Shown: in pieces, positions 22,487 to 34,642 of the stretch
Position numbering within the stretch: the first letter of the stretch is position 1
How the letters are laid out: every line of letters starts with the position of its first letter
Assembly: GCF_006345805.1 (NCBI RefSeq)
Contig: NW_021824668.1
Coordinates: forward strand, 1 to 36,487
Reading direction: 5' to 3'
DNA length: 36,487 bases
Origin: Octopus sinensis
Lineage: Eukaryota
The notes under the pieces: generated by a model
The model's input: only the letters and a program-made list of their open reading frames with translations
Database searches by the model: none
What the model was told of the DNA's origin: nothing
Translations under genes and position numbers: made by a program

Positions 22487-22885
22487 GGCGCAGGAGTGAC
22501 TGTGTGGTAAGTAGCTTGCTTACCAACCACATGGTTCCAGGTCCAATACCACTGCATGGCACCTTGAGCAAGTGTCTTCTACTGTAGCCTCAGGCTGACC
22601 AAAGCCTTGTGAGTGGATTTGGTATACGGAAACTGAAAGAAGTCCATCATATATATGTATATATATATGTGTGTGTGTGTTTGTCCCCGCAACATTGCTT
22701 GACAACCGATGCTTGTGTGTTTACGTCCCTGTAACTTAGCGGTTCGGCAAAAAAGACCAATAGAATAAGTACTAGGCTTACAAAGAATAAGTCCTGGGGT
22801 TGATTTGCTCGACTAAAGGCGGTGCTCCAGCATGGCCTCAGTCAAATGACTGAAACAAGTAAAAGAGTAAAAAGAGAGAGAGAGT
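22487..22885 (+). mobile_element. SINE-A, full length
   Basis: Homology to SINE-A. Confidence 0.88.
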
Positions 22886-23649
22886 ATGTGATAAACTATT
22901 TACCCAACTTTGTAAAACAAAGACTTTACTGCTACTTACCATTATCTGCCTGGTTCTCAGGAGGAGATAACTTGCACCAGATGCAGTAAAGCAGTTGAAA
23001 ACAGCCTTTGACAAATACTCATTAAACTTTCTAGTTGAAGGACTTATAACCTTTTAGTGGAGAGACTTTATTCTTCGCAGAGCTCTTTCAACTGCATTAC
23101 TATAGGGTTAAGACTAGGATTTTATACTCGCTCCAAGTTGATTCAATCAATCCTTTAATTCAATGACTTCTGGTCCAATGTTTGATATCATTATCAATGG
23201 AATGCCAACTCTAAAGAAGATAGAAAAATAGAGGTTTCCTTACATTTTCTGAGCCCCTATTAGAACAAAAAGTCTTCAACCCAAGTAGTGACCAAGTTGA
23301 CCATGATCAACACATCCACAATGCCTTATACACATCTCCAGTACAAATATAAGCTTTCCCTTCCCTAGGCAATGATTTGAGAAACGTAATACAAACAGTG
23401 CCTTTTATACCTAATTTTTAGCATCTATCTCAAGATCAGACAAACTCTTCCTTATCTCTTTGAAGAGTAGACCACTATACAAACCCTTGATTTCTTCAAT
23501 GTTTGTTGTAGTCGTGTGTGTATGTGTGTTTTATGATTTGTGATAAATTTTGCAAGATAGGGTTCGGGAAAAAATTCTCTTAATAAAAACAGGCCAAAAT
23601 CATTCTTTACAGCCGCTTCAGAAGAGTGTTTAGCAAACCATCATTCTAC

Positions 23650-23830
23650 AGTGAAGTCTTTTTTAAAAGCCGAGTCCAGAGGAAGGAGTAGAACCCATGG
23701 CCATTGCTGGTCCACTGAGACTAAGACATTGAGGCTATTGATGTTCTGTTTAAATTGTCGCAGGTCAACAGGAAAAATTAAAGGAGGGAGGAGATTTCAG
23801 AGATCTCAGTGTTCTGGGAAAGGACTGAAT
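23650..23830 (-). mobile_element. 3' end of a CR1-3-type LINE
   Basis: Minus strand: L*NLLPPLIFPVDLRQFKQNINSLNVL, similar to 18930-19010. Confidence 0.5.
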
Positions 23831-25184
23831 ATAATATAACGGTTAGCATAAAGAAAGAGGGTTTGTAACAAGAACATTGATAAGAGATGGAAAGGTGAAT
23901 TATTAATTCATCATGACCTATGACAAAATGTAATGTAAAGAACTTTGTACTAAACTGATCTAAATGATACTTCATTAAAAAGCATCAACATAACTAATGA
24001 TTAACGATGTGAATGATATCATCATGATGCTATTTGAAACCCTATCACAATAATGTGAGCGCTCAATTGGCAATCCAATGAGAAGCTCTCCTGGTTCATT
24101 TTAAAAAATGAACAGCAACAGGTGATGATCAATCTCCAGTGTGGAAGCGATTTCAAATAAAAAACATATCTCAAACTTTCAATACCCTACACCACAACAA
24201 ATGCTTTGTGTTTAATATTGCTCCAGTGTCTCTGATTATAATAAAATATATGACTAACATTTGCTATGAGCTTTCCATTTTAAAATATTGTTCTTATTAT
24301 TGCAAATTCAGAAGCACCAGCAGTAAAAAGTTGTTTCACATTTGGTAGTGAATAACACCAAAACATGCTGTTGAGTAAAAAAAAGGTTTTGTTGCTTTAA
24401 AAGCCTGTTCTTGATACATTCTTCAAATAAACATTGAAATACATTCATTCTTGCAGTAAGAAGAACTTTAACGATGTATGCAAATTTAAGTATAAACTGG
24501 GTTTTTGGGAGTTAGCTGCCCTTCCTGATACCAACCCTCACTTGTTCATAAGTGATGTAATAATTCACTGTCTACCAAACAACAAGTGGCATGGACAGGT
24601 TTTATGCAGAGAACTGGAAACAAATGACACCATTTGAATGCTCTTTTCTGTTTACAATGATGCTGTAATATTTCAAGAAATTTGCATAGTATTTCAGAGT
24701 AAACTACAAGCAAACAACGCTGCTTGTATAAACAATGGTACTTTTAGTTCACAATCAGCAAACACAGAGGAGTATGAGGGGAAATACTAATTCACTTGCA
24801 CACACACACATATATATTCATACACACACACACACACACACCACACACACACATGCACTATTGATGACATCATGGGAATTATACAAACTTTTGAGTGAAC
24901 AGGAAATAATTCTCTTTTTGGACCAGTATATCTTGAAGAACACACAAAGCCATTATTTATAGCCTTATGAGTATGTGCTTGAAAATATACTACTCTATAA
25001 ACATGTGTGTGTGTTTGTGCCTTATAGTCTCTGTTAAGTTAAAATTTTCTAGAGTAAGCCGAGTTCTGCTGAATTAGGTTGTATGGTAGGTTGTGATGGC
25101 AACCTACCAAATATATTGAGGAATCCTTCAATTTAATGTAAAAGCATTTTCATTATGACATAAAAGCAAAAACATATATATAGA

Positions 25185-25330
25185 TATATATTATATAAAA
25201 TCCGCTCTGTCTATGTGTGTGTCTTCTAGGATCTCGGGCATCCGCCATCCGATTATGCTCAAATTTGATATGTAGATACCAACGGTATCAGGGCGTGTAT
25301 AAGTCTTGAAAAAATTACAAAAATCAATTC
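25185..25330 (+). mobile_element. Possible 5' fragment of a Helitron-like non-autonomous element
   Basis: TATATAAAA then CTGTCTATGTGTGTGTC...CAAATTTG, parallel to the 5' end of the 865-1498 element; no 3' end found. Confidence 0.3.
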
Positions 25331-25569
25331 CAGGTGAGAATGCGGTCGATAAAGCCGTGGGAATGGGCATTTGTATATGCAAGTACATCAGCTGTTGCGA
25401 TCGATACTAGGCGTGCGTGAGAAAAATTCACGATGTCGCAAATTTAGGTTAAATCAGTGTTTCTCAAAGGGGAGGCCTATGGGACGGTCGGACAAGCTGT
25501 TTTGAGAAAATTTGGTTTAAATATTTGACAACTCAGCACCATCCATTGGACGGGGGCGTTTTGCTTGTG

Positions 25570-25609
<40 letters not shown>

Positions 25610-26380
25610 GCACACACACACACACACACACACATATACATGCATATGAGAAGCTTCTTCAGTGTCCATCAACCAATTTTGCACACCAGGTATTCGTTGA
25701 CTCATGGCTATAGTACAGGACATTGGCCAACAATATCTAAGCAGTAGGACCAAATCTCTGACTATATGGTTCCAAAGTCAACTTCTAAAACAACACAATA
25801 TTCATTTCTAGGAAATCTATCAAAGATTCATGATTAATGCACTTACTTTAAATTTTTGAAAAATTGGTTCCTTTCATTCTTGCAATAATTAAATTTTCTT
25901 AATTTTTCTGTTTATTCTGAATCGCTGCAATGATGAATATGACATCCTGATTATGCCATAAATTTTCTTTGATATAAACTCTATGCAATGTCACAAAATG
26001 CTTGAGAATTATCTGAATGAAGTATGTTGACTAAACAAAGACAATTGCAGATCTTAGATGCAGGCATGGATGAGTGATTAAGAGGTTTACTTCCCAAACA
26101 CATGGTTTTAGATTCAATCCTACCTCAACAGTGTCTTCTACAATAGCCCCAGGTCAACCAAAGCCCTATGAGAGGATTTGTACACCTATCATTCTTTTAA
26201 TTGAGTTGGTAGTAATTATAGGTATTAGGTGTAATTTTATTTTATATTTACTTGTAACTGACAGCATTAGGGAAGTTGCTAGTGATATTAATACCATTGT
26301 GATATATGCAATATATCTACAGTAGATGCAGTTCTTCCTTGCATATATGTCTGTAATATACAAATGTATGTAAGTATAAC

Positions 26381-26783
26381 TGTGGCTGTGTGGTAAGAAG
26401 CTTGCTTTCCACCCACATGGTCCTGGGTTCAATCCCACTGCATAGCACATTGGACAAGTGTCTTCTGCTATAACCTCAGGCTGATCAAAGCCTTGTGAGT
26501 GAATATGGTCGAAAGAAACTGAAAGAAGTCTCTCATATATATATATATATATATATTTGTAGAGAGGGTTAGGCTCACATTGTCTTGACATACTAGTGCA
26601 AACAAATGTTACCATTGTACAGGCAGTGTCCATATCTTCCATGAAAGTCCCAGTCACGGGGAAATATCACCTTGCTTGGAAACAGGTGACAGGAAGGGCA
26701 TCCAATCATATAAAATCTACCTCATTGCATTCCATCTGACCCATGCAAGTATGGAAAAAAGGACATTAACATCATCATGATGA
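26381..26783 (+). mobile_element. SINE-C: SINE-A head joined to a different body and an RTE-type tail
   Basis: TGGCTGTGTGG and GGTTCAATCCC boxes plus the SINE-A body to the microsatellite, then GGAAGGGCATCC...ACCCATGCAAGTATGGAAAA...ATGATGA. Confidence 0.75.
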
Positions 26784-27102
26784 ATCTGTCTCCATCTAAA
26801 ACAATCAGCAAATGTACACACTTTAAATCAACTGAGGTAAAAAAAAAAATGTTTTTTAATTAAAATTATATGCGGAAACTCCTTTGTATATCAGTGAAGA
26901 TTGTTTCATGATGAGAAGTTGGATGAGAAACAAATAGAACCTTGTCTTTTAAATGTACTTTGTAATTGGAACACATTCTTAATTTACCATGCTGCTTTCG
27001 CAGCCAAACAATAGGTAATGTATTATTTGACATTAGGTCTAGAAATTTAACCAGCATGCTATAAACTTTCAAATGAACAATCTTGAATTGCTGTAGGATA
27101 TA

Positions 27103-27333
27103 TGTTTCTTTACTACCCACAAGGAGCTAAACATAGAGGGGTCAAACAAGGACAGACACGCGGATTAAGTCGATTACATCGACCCCAGTGCGTAACTGGT
27201 ACTTAATTTATCGACTCCGAAAGGATGAAAGGCAAAGTCGACCTCGGCGGAATTTGAACTCAGAACGTAGCGACGGGCGAAATACCGCGAAACACTTCGC
27301 CCGGCGTGCTAACGTCTCTGCCAGCTCGCCGCC
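27103..27333 (-). mobile_element. SINE-B1, full length, 15-bp TSD
   Basis: TSD TTGCTGTAGGATATA at 27088-27102 and 27334-27348. Confidence 0.9.
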
Positions 27334-27388
27334 TTGCTGTAGGATATAGAATATCTTTCAGTTTGAAGATTACATTGATTCAACATAG

Positions 27389-27600
27389 TTTCAAATTTTA
27401 GCACAAGACCAGTAACTTTAGAGGAAAGGGTAAGTCAACATCACTTACCCCAGTGCTCAATTGGTACTTATTTTATTGACCCAAAAGAATGAAAGGTAAA
27501 ACTGATCTTAGTGGCATTTGAACTTGGAACATAAAGCTAAAAGAAATGCTGCTAAACACTTCATCCAGTGTGCCAACGATTCTGGCAGCTCACTGCCTTA
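27389..27600 (-). mobile_element. SINE-B2, older copy
   Basis: Homology to the SINE-B core and head. Confidence 0.75.
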
Positions 27601-27717
27601 ATTGATGCTATACAATGCGAGGTATTTTGGCACAACCAGTTCAGATATGCTATTTATAAGCAGTTTTGAGTTAAATTACAGAATCCAGGGTTCTGTCTAT
27701 ATATTTCCATTTTTTTA

Positions 27718-28156
27718 CCCTTTAGTATTTAAATTGGCCACATCTGGCCCAAATATTCTACCTGTTCTAAGTTCAAGCCAGTCAGATCTTATTTCTTTTT
27801 TATTTCTTTATTGCCCACAAGGGGATAAACATAGAGGGGACAAACAAGGACAGACAAAGGGATTAAGTCAATTACATCGACTCCATTGCATAACTGGTAC
27901 TTCATTTATCAACCCAGAAGGTTGACCTCAGTGGAATTTGAACTCAGAACATAACGGCAGACGAAATACCGCTAAGCATTTCGCCTGGCATACTAACGTT
28001 TCTGCCAGCTTGCCGCCTTCAAACCAGTCAGATCTGGAATCCCACACCTATCATTCTAAAAATAACTGCATCATCAAAATCTCAAAGCTTCAAGACAATT
28101 GTAAACAATGTGAATAAATAAGCTTTACATCTAACAGTATTCTGAATGCTAAAGGT
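27718..28156. mobile_element. piggyBac-like MITE with nested SINE-B1
   Basis: Ends CCCTTTAG...CTAAAGGT with degenerate TTAA-like flanks (TTTA, TTAG); a related copy lies at 10959-11896. Confidence 0.55.
27790..28017 (-). mobile_element. SINE-B1, 18-bp TSD (1 mismatch)
   Basis: TTCAAGCCAGTCAGATCT (27772-27789) and TTCAAACCAGTCAGATCT (28018-28035). Confidence 0.88.
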
Positions 28157-28318
28157 TTAGGTGTTTATTAGACTCCATAATAGCGTTGTTGTTGTTGTTA
28201 GCTGTAGTAGGCCTGTAAATCTTCAGTTTGTTGAGTTTATAATAATCATATAAGTCCACAGTTGTCAGACAGTTCAAATTTTAAGATTTCTCATAAATGT
28301 ATATTGTTATATATATAT

Positions 28319-28632
28319 CATCATCATCGTTTAACATCCGCTTCCCATGCTAGCATGGTTTGGATGATTTGACTGAGGACTGGCGAACCAGATGGCTGCA
28401 CCAGGCTACAATCTTGATCTGGCAGAGTTTCTACAGCTGGATGCCCTTCCTAACACCATCCACTCCGAGAGTGTAGTGGGTGCTTTTACATGCCCCCAGC
28501 ACGAGGGCCAGTCAGGTGGTACTGGCAATGGCCACACCCAAATGGTGTTTTTTTTTTACATGCCACCAGCACAAATGCCAATAAGGCGACGCTAGTAGTG
28601 ATCACACTCGAATGGTGCTTTTTACGTGCCAC
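28319..28632 (-). mobile_element. RTE-type 3' UTR fragment
   Basis: (TCA)n, CCATGCTAGCATGG, GGATGCCCTTCC and decayed tandem units. Confidence 0.8.
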
Positions 28633-29099
28633 ATTTTTGTAAATATATATTGCATTTCACCATTATTCAAGCAGCCATAAAACTTAAACAATAAGGGCCA
28701 TTTATTCATGCCACTGCTTTGCTCTCCATGCATGAATATTTATAGAACAAAACAAAATAAGAATCTTGCAAACCAAATCCAAAAACGAAACAAAATATGA
28801 AGTTATTCAATACAGTACAAATATATAACTTAGAGACCTGAAGTTATAACAGTTAAACCAGGCTTTGGTTCAGTTTCAGATTATACACTCACTTCTACTA
28901 CTAACGATGATGATAACTGTAGTTAACTACTAAGCAAGGTACAAAATTTAATTTTGTTGCAGTGCAGTAGGATGTAGTGATATTTATGCTTCTCTTCAAA
29001 AGCTATAGAAACACAGAAGGTAAACCAAGATACTCTTTGACTTATTTACGTCACTGAAGAGTTTAATCAAACAAACCAGCATCATCAGATTTTTTGGGG

Positions 29100-29325
29100 G
29101 GTTTTTCAAAGTCTGGTACTTATTCTATTTTGCCAAACTGTTAAGTTACAACCATGTAAACAAACAAACACCAGTTGTCAAGAGGTGTGGAGACAAATAC
29201 AAAGAACACATGCACACAACGGGCAGAGTTTCAGTCAGCCAAATTCGCTCACAAGATATTGGTTAACCTGAGATACACAGTGGGACCTTGAAACCACATA
29301 GCTGCAAAGTAAAGTTTTGCAACTG
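29100..29325 (-). mobile_element. Decayed SINE-A-like copy
   Basis: GTACTTATTCTATT...CACCAGTTGTCAAG...CTCACAAG homology. Confidence 0.55.
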
Positions 29326-29389
29326 TAACTTAGAATCAAACTGGATTTTTAAGTATTTACAGAGATTTTTGTCATTGCTAAAACAATGA

Positions 29390-31240
29390 AGATAATGATG
29401 AAAATGATGGTTTTTAACACAGGTGCCAGGCAACATATTTTCAAGGAGAGAATTCCCTGCCTGGTACTTTATTTTATCAATCTTGGAAAGATAAAAGGCA
29501 AAGTCAGTTTCAGTGGGATTTGAGCCTAATTTCTAACTTTAGCACAAGGCAACCAATTTGTTAAGAAGACTAACTATAGTATAAGACTTATTTTGCAGAA
29601 ACCAAGGAAGATGAAAAGCAGAGTTAATACCAGCAGGAAGAATCAGCAAATTATAAGGGGATGTAATGATAATAACAATGGTTTTAAACTTTAGCACAAG
29701 GCCAGCAATTTCTGAGGAGGGGTAAGTTTATTATATCAACCCCAGTGCATGACTGGTGCTTATTTTATTGACTCCGAAAGGACGAAAGGCAAAGTTGACC
29801 TCAACAGAATTTGAACTCAGAATATAGAGATGGACAAAATGTCACTAAGCAGTTTGCCTGGAATGCTAATGATTCTGCCAGCTCACCACCTTTGTAATAA
29901 TGACAAACTTTCCTGTCAAAGACGATGTATGAGCACTCAACTCTTGCCAAAGGACCGGCACAAATGGTTTGTTTTTACTGACCAAATGCATATACTGTAC
30001 ATTAGCTCACTCCAAATCAACATTGCCTAAATAGGTGTACAGTGTACCATGCATCAGGTGTCAAAGTGATTCAGAGCAACATGAATGAAGTGCATGCTTT
30101 CAAGGGAGATAATCAGAGAAAGACTTGAAAGTTAACGTAAGATCATAATACTTCATGGAAAGTAAAGTAAATATAACAAATAATCCACAATCCTTGTCCG
30201 GTACCGGATCAATCCCAAAGTCTAATCAGTTTGTGCCAGTCACAAAGTCAAACATCCCTGAGAGTTTCATCCAAATCCATCCTGCTGTTCTTGGGATATC
30301 TTGTCCACGAACAAACAAACAAACACGACTGAAAACAATACCTCTGCCTTTGCCAAATTTTGGCAGCATGCCAGCAATTTCAGTGGGTGGGGGTTAGTTG
30401 ATGTTATCAACCCCAGTACTTGGCATATATTTTTTATTTTATTGGCCTCCAAAAAAGATGAGGCAAAGTTGACCTTGGCAGATTTTGAACTCAGCACAGA
30501 AAGCAGGAAGAAATGCCACTAAGCATTTTGTGTGGCATGCAAAGAATTCTGCCAACACACTGCATTATTACTATTAATAATATAATCTTTTCAACTATAA
30601 GCTCAAGGCCTGCAATTCTGGGAGGAGGGAGCAAGTCAATAACATTAACCCCAGTGTTCAACTGGTACGTGAGTTTTAACCCTAGAGGGATGAAAACACA
30701 AGGCCATGGATTCATACAGGAGAGACAATTTGAGTTTAGTGGCATTCATACCTTTCTCATGACCAATGAGAGTAACAGCGTATGTGAACAAAAATTGGAT
30801 TCAACAAGGAAGCAAAGTCAGATTGCTGTTCTAATTTGGCTTGAATGTCATAATAATAATCCTTTCTACTATAGGCACAAGGCCTGAAATTTTTGGGGAG
30901 GGGTTAACTCAATTACATCAACCCCAGTACTCAACTGGTACTAAATTTATCAACGCTGAAAGGATGAAAGGCAAAGACAACCTGGGTGGAATTTGAACTC
31001 AGAATGTAGTGACAAGCAAAATACCGCTAAGCATTTTGTTCAGCATGCTAATGATTTTGCCAGCTAATCACCTTATAAATAATAATGATAATAGTAATAA
31101 GTTCTAAGAAATTTACAGGCCACAGATTTTGTGTGAAAGGGGATGATCAAAGAGACCTTATTATATAACTGCTACTAATTTTATAAAATCCAGAATGATG
31201 TAACCCACAACTGATCTTAAGGAGAATTAATCTTGAGTAT
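29390..31240 (-). mobile_element. Cluster of about seven co-oriented SINE-B2 copies
   Basis: Copies at ~29390, 29530, 29665, 30350, 30570, 30850 and 31075; the better-preserved ones show CACAAGGCC...ACCCCAG...GAAAGG...TTTGAACTCAG. Confidence 0.7.
30165..30350 (+). mobile_element. Possible DINE-1/Helentron-associated non-autonomous fragment
   Basis: CCGGTACCGGATC...AAAGTCTAATCAGTT...TTTCATCCAAATCC...(AAAC)n...AAAACAATACCTCTGCC layout recalled from marine-invertebrate HINE-like repeats; not verified. Confidence 0.4.
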
Positions 31241-31949
31241 AGGATGGTTGAGAGGGATGGATAACTACAGTGAAACATTCAGTCAGAGGCTCTACCAATC
31301 CACTGTGTGAATAATAATAATAAGGGGTTTTTTGGGGGTTTTTTTGCCAAAAGCAACATTGGGGTAGAAGATGAACATAGCATGTATGTATATACACAAG
31401 AACTCATATACACAAATATACAACCACATAATACACACATGCACATACATAAACATGCACCAGTGTAAAATGCAATGAATTGTTTGGTAGAATGGAATAA
31501 TTTATTCAAAGTCTGCATGAATCAGTACTTGGAGTGTTTTGCCCACATTTATCAAGTGACTGATATTGTGGTCCTCAAAGCTTTCTTATACACCACTAGT
31601 TGGGCTGGTCAGGTAAAACAACTTACTGACTATATAAGTGGATAAGTGTCAATGTGCAGAAAACAATATGAACCCCACATATTGCCTAGCAGATTCATGA
31701 GGCCTCAAAAAGTATCAGTGATGTATCAACAATACAACCAACTCTGACATAAGCATAACAGAGAACATTTTCAAATTAAGTTTTTACCTACACACTTATT
31801 CTTTCAAAAACACTAATAGAAAAGGCGGACACCAGCTTGTAAAAGTATACATGGATACTAAAAGTTAAACCAAGCACCAGATACAAAATTATGTAGAAAC
31901 TGTAACAAGTGTAAAGATAATCCTATTACTCTGTCCCAATCCAAACTTA

Positions 31950-32260
31950 AAACCTGAGCTTATCTTTTCCAAGCACAAGCTCAAGTACCTACTAAAAAAA
32001 CTTCAAAACAAGATAACAGCAGCCCAATCAAACAGATCAGTCACCAAAACCAGACAACCAACAATGATGACATCATCTACATGCCCATACACATCAAAAC
32101 ACCGTTTAACACCTACAACTTTTACACTTTATCCTGTAAATGCTTTAGCACCAAAACCCACATCTTACAATCAAGTTTGGACCTTGCATCCCACATCAAG
32201 TCACAGAACACATTGCCAGAAAATAACATCGTGTATCATAGGTTTCAAAAATATATTTCA
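31950..32260 (+). mobile_element. Possible very decayed Penelope-like RT fragment
   Basis: Weak motif echoes (TCPYTSKHRLT; ILQSSLDLASHI...LPENNIV) across frames; no diagnostic motif is intact. Confidence 0.25.
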
Positions 32261-32423
32261 TCTCATACAGTTTTATCCTACGTGCTTTCAAATACATTCG
32301 CAGACTATGTGCTTATAATCTCATATATATTTTGTCATTCATGCTAAGACTACCATAGCATAAAAATGAATTATCACAATATATTTATTCCTTCAATATT
32401 TAAGTCAATTTATACACACACAA

Positions 32424-32794
32424 GTATGGCTATAAGGTTCCAAACTATATAGTTTCGAGTTCAGTCCCACCACATGGCACCTTGGACACGTGCCTTTTAC
32501 TATATAGCCTCAGGACAACAAAAGCCCCGTGCACAGATTTGGCAGAGTGAAAGTGAAAGAAGCCAACATGTGAGTGTGTTTGTGTGCATTGGTATCACAT
32601 GATAATTGCAAACAAATATCACCTCTGTACAAGCAGTGGAAACATGCCAAGCCATGGAGAAACATTGCCTTTCTTGGAATCAGGAGAGGGTTGGCAATAG
32701 GAAAGGCATCTTGTTGTAGAAAATCAAACTCAATGAATTCTGTCTGATCCATGCAGGTAGGGTAAAGCAAATGCAAAAACAATAATGATGATGA
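32424..32794 (+). mobile_element. SINE-C, older copy
   Basis: GAGTTCAGTCCC B box, SINE-A-like body, then GGAAAGGCATC...GATCCATGCAGG...ATGATGATGA. Confidence 0.65.
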
Positions 32795-32927
32795 ACTTAT
32801 TTCCACATTTATTTCATATTTGGGTACCAGTACATTCACACACTTCTAATTTCCAAAGTAATTTATGCTTTCCTTAGTGTCTACAATCTTTTCAATTTTC
32901 ATTATATTTTTACAAATTTTATCACGT

Positions 32928-33422
32928 GACGGGCACGAGTACCATATGAGCGTGATCATTGCCAGCCTCGCCTTACTGGCACTTGTTCCCCGTGCTAGTA
33001 GGGTGCTAAGAACACCATCTGAGCATGATCGTTGCCAGAGCGGCCAACTGGCTTGCATGCCGGTGGCATGTAGGAGGCACCATTCAAGCAGGATCGTTAC
33101 CAGCATCGCCTTACTGGCACCTGTGCCATTGGCATGTGTAAAAGATTCGAGCGAGGTCATTGCCAGTACCGCCTGTCTGGCCCAAAAATTCGAGCGAGGT
33201 CATTGCCAGTACCGCCTGACTGGCCCCTGTGCCAGTGGCACGTAAAAGCACCCACTACACTCTCAGAGTGGTTGGCTTTAGGAAGGGCATCCAGCTGTAG
33301 AAACTCTGCCAGATCAAGACTGGAGCTTGGTGCAGCCATCTGGTTCCCCAGCCCACAGTCAAACCATCCAACCCATGCTAGCATGGAAAGCGGACGTTAA
33401 ACGACGATGATGATGATGATGA
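32928..33422 (+). mobile_element. Long RTE-type 3' UTR fragment with several tandem units
   Basis: Repeated TTGCCAG...CTGGC units, a local near-perfect duplication (~33145-33184 and ~33189-33228), GGAAGGGCATCC, CCATGCTAGCATGG and (GAT)n. Confidence 0.82.
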
Positions 33423-33543
33423 AGTGTATCAGTACTATTACGAATTCTAAAGCAATTGTCAACTCATTCTCAAATAAATATTCTTAGATAACTGCTAAAT
33501 GATTTCTCTCTTCACTCTTCTGTATATACTAATCCATGCTTAA

Positions 33544-33765
33544 CCCTTTTGTTACCGTATTTATTGTGAGGTGCTCTGTGTTTCGTTCACTTAATTTTAA
33601 ATATAACAAAGAAATCAGTAAAATAACTCCGTGATCATTAAGCTGGTGTTAGGAACATAAATTTCATCTAAGGTTTGGTGCAAGATTTTAATTCAAAACT
33701 TATGAAAACAAGACATTTGTACTACAGAGCCAGAGTCATTTTCAGGCAGCTTGGTATCGAAAGGG
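33544..33765. mobile_element. 222-bp piggyBac-like MITE
   Basis: TTAA on both sides (33540-33543, 33766-33769); TIR CCCTTTTGTTACC vs reverse complement CCCTTTCGATACC (11/13). Confidence 0.78.
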
Positions 33766-34084
33766 TTAAACATCTGTTATGTTGTTTTTTTTTCTACAAG
33801 TACCATGCATTAATTAAGAACCATGTATATGTATCTTGCCAATTCTATGCATATGTATAGAATGAAAAAAGAAGACCCAACAGACTTTTGATTCATGTGT
33901 CTGCCTATCCTACACAACACATTCAATTGGCCAAGTTTGAACTCGGAACACAGAGAGGACAAAATTAAGTTACTACATAACATCTAGTTCAACATGTATT
34001 CACGTTCCTTGTGTCACTCCACCATCCTCGAAGATCTGCATTTCTGGATCCATGTGTTGTTATATTTCTTCTCTTAAACCCTTT

Positions 34085-34400
34085 GCTCTCTATGGACTGT
34101 GGCCTTGCTAGAGCACCACCTTGAAGGGTTTTATTTGAACAAATTCAACCCCAGTACTTTTTCTTTAAAGTCTAGTACTTATTCTATTGGTTCCATTTGT
34201 TGGACTAAGTTATGGAAATGAAACAAACCAATATGAGTTGTCAAGTGGCATCAGGGGTCGGTCAACACAGACACACATATATGGGCTTCCACACAGTTTC
34301 CATGTACCAAATTCACTCACAAGGCTTGGTTAGCATGGGACTATAGCAGAAGAGGTGCTGCATAGTGGGACTGAACATGAAGCTACAACTTCGTATATAT
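34085..34400 (-). mobile_element. Decayed SINE-A copy
   Basis: GACTGTGGCC...AGAGCACCACC tail remnant, CTCACAAGGC and GTGGGACTGAAC. Confidence 0.7.
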
Positions 34401-34409
34401 ATGTATATT

Positions 34410-34556
34410 GAGTGGTTGGTGTCAGGGAGAGCATCCAGCTGTAAAAATCCTGCAAAAACAATCACAGAAGTCTGGTGCAGGTTTCTGCTTGGTGGGCTCT
34501 TGTGAAACCATCCCACCCATGCTAGTATGGAAGGCAGACGTTAAACGATGATGATG
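34410..34556 (+). mobile_element. Old RTE-type 3' fragment
   Basis: GCATCCAGCTGTAAAAA, CCCATGCTAGTATGG and (GAT)n. Confidence 0.7.
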
Positions 34557-34642
34557 GTGTGTGTGTGTACAAATGTGAATGTATGAATGCATGTGTATAC
34601 ATGTGTGTATATGTATGTGTGTGTTTATTTCTAAATAAATAT

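Noticed and set aside
22890-23500. Protein-like minus-strand stretch (NIEEIKGLYSGLLFKEIRKSL...)
   Set aside because: Frequent stops, no recognisable motif and no convincing splice sites; it cannot be assigned.
25456-25512. CAGTGTTTCTCAAA hAT-like terminus with a short inverted TTTGAGAAA
   Set aside because: Only a 9-bp inverted match and no 8-bp TSD or second full terminus.
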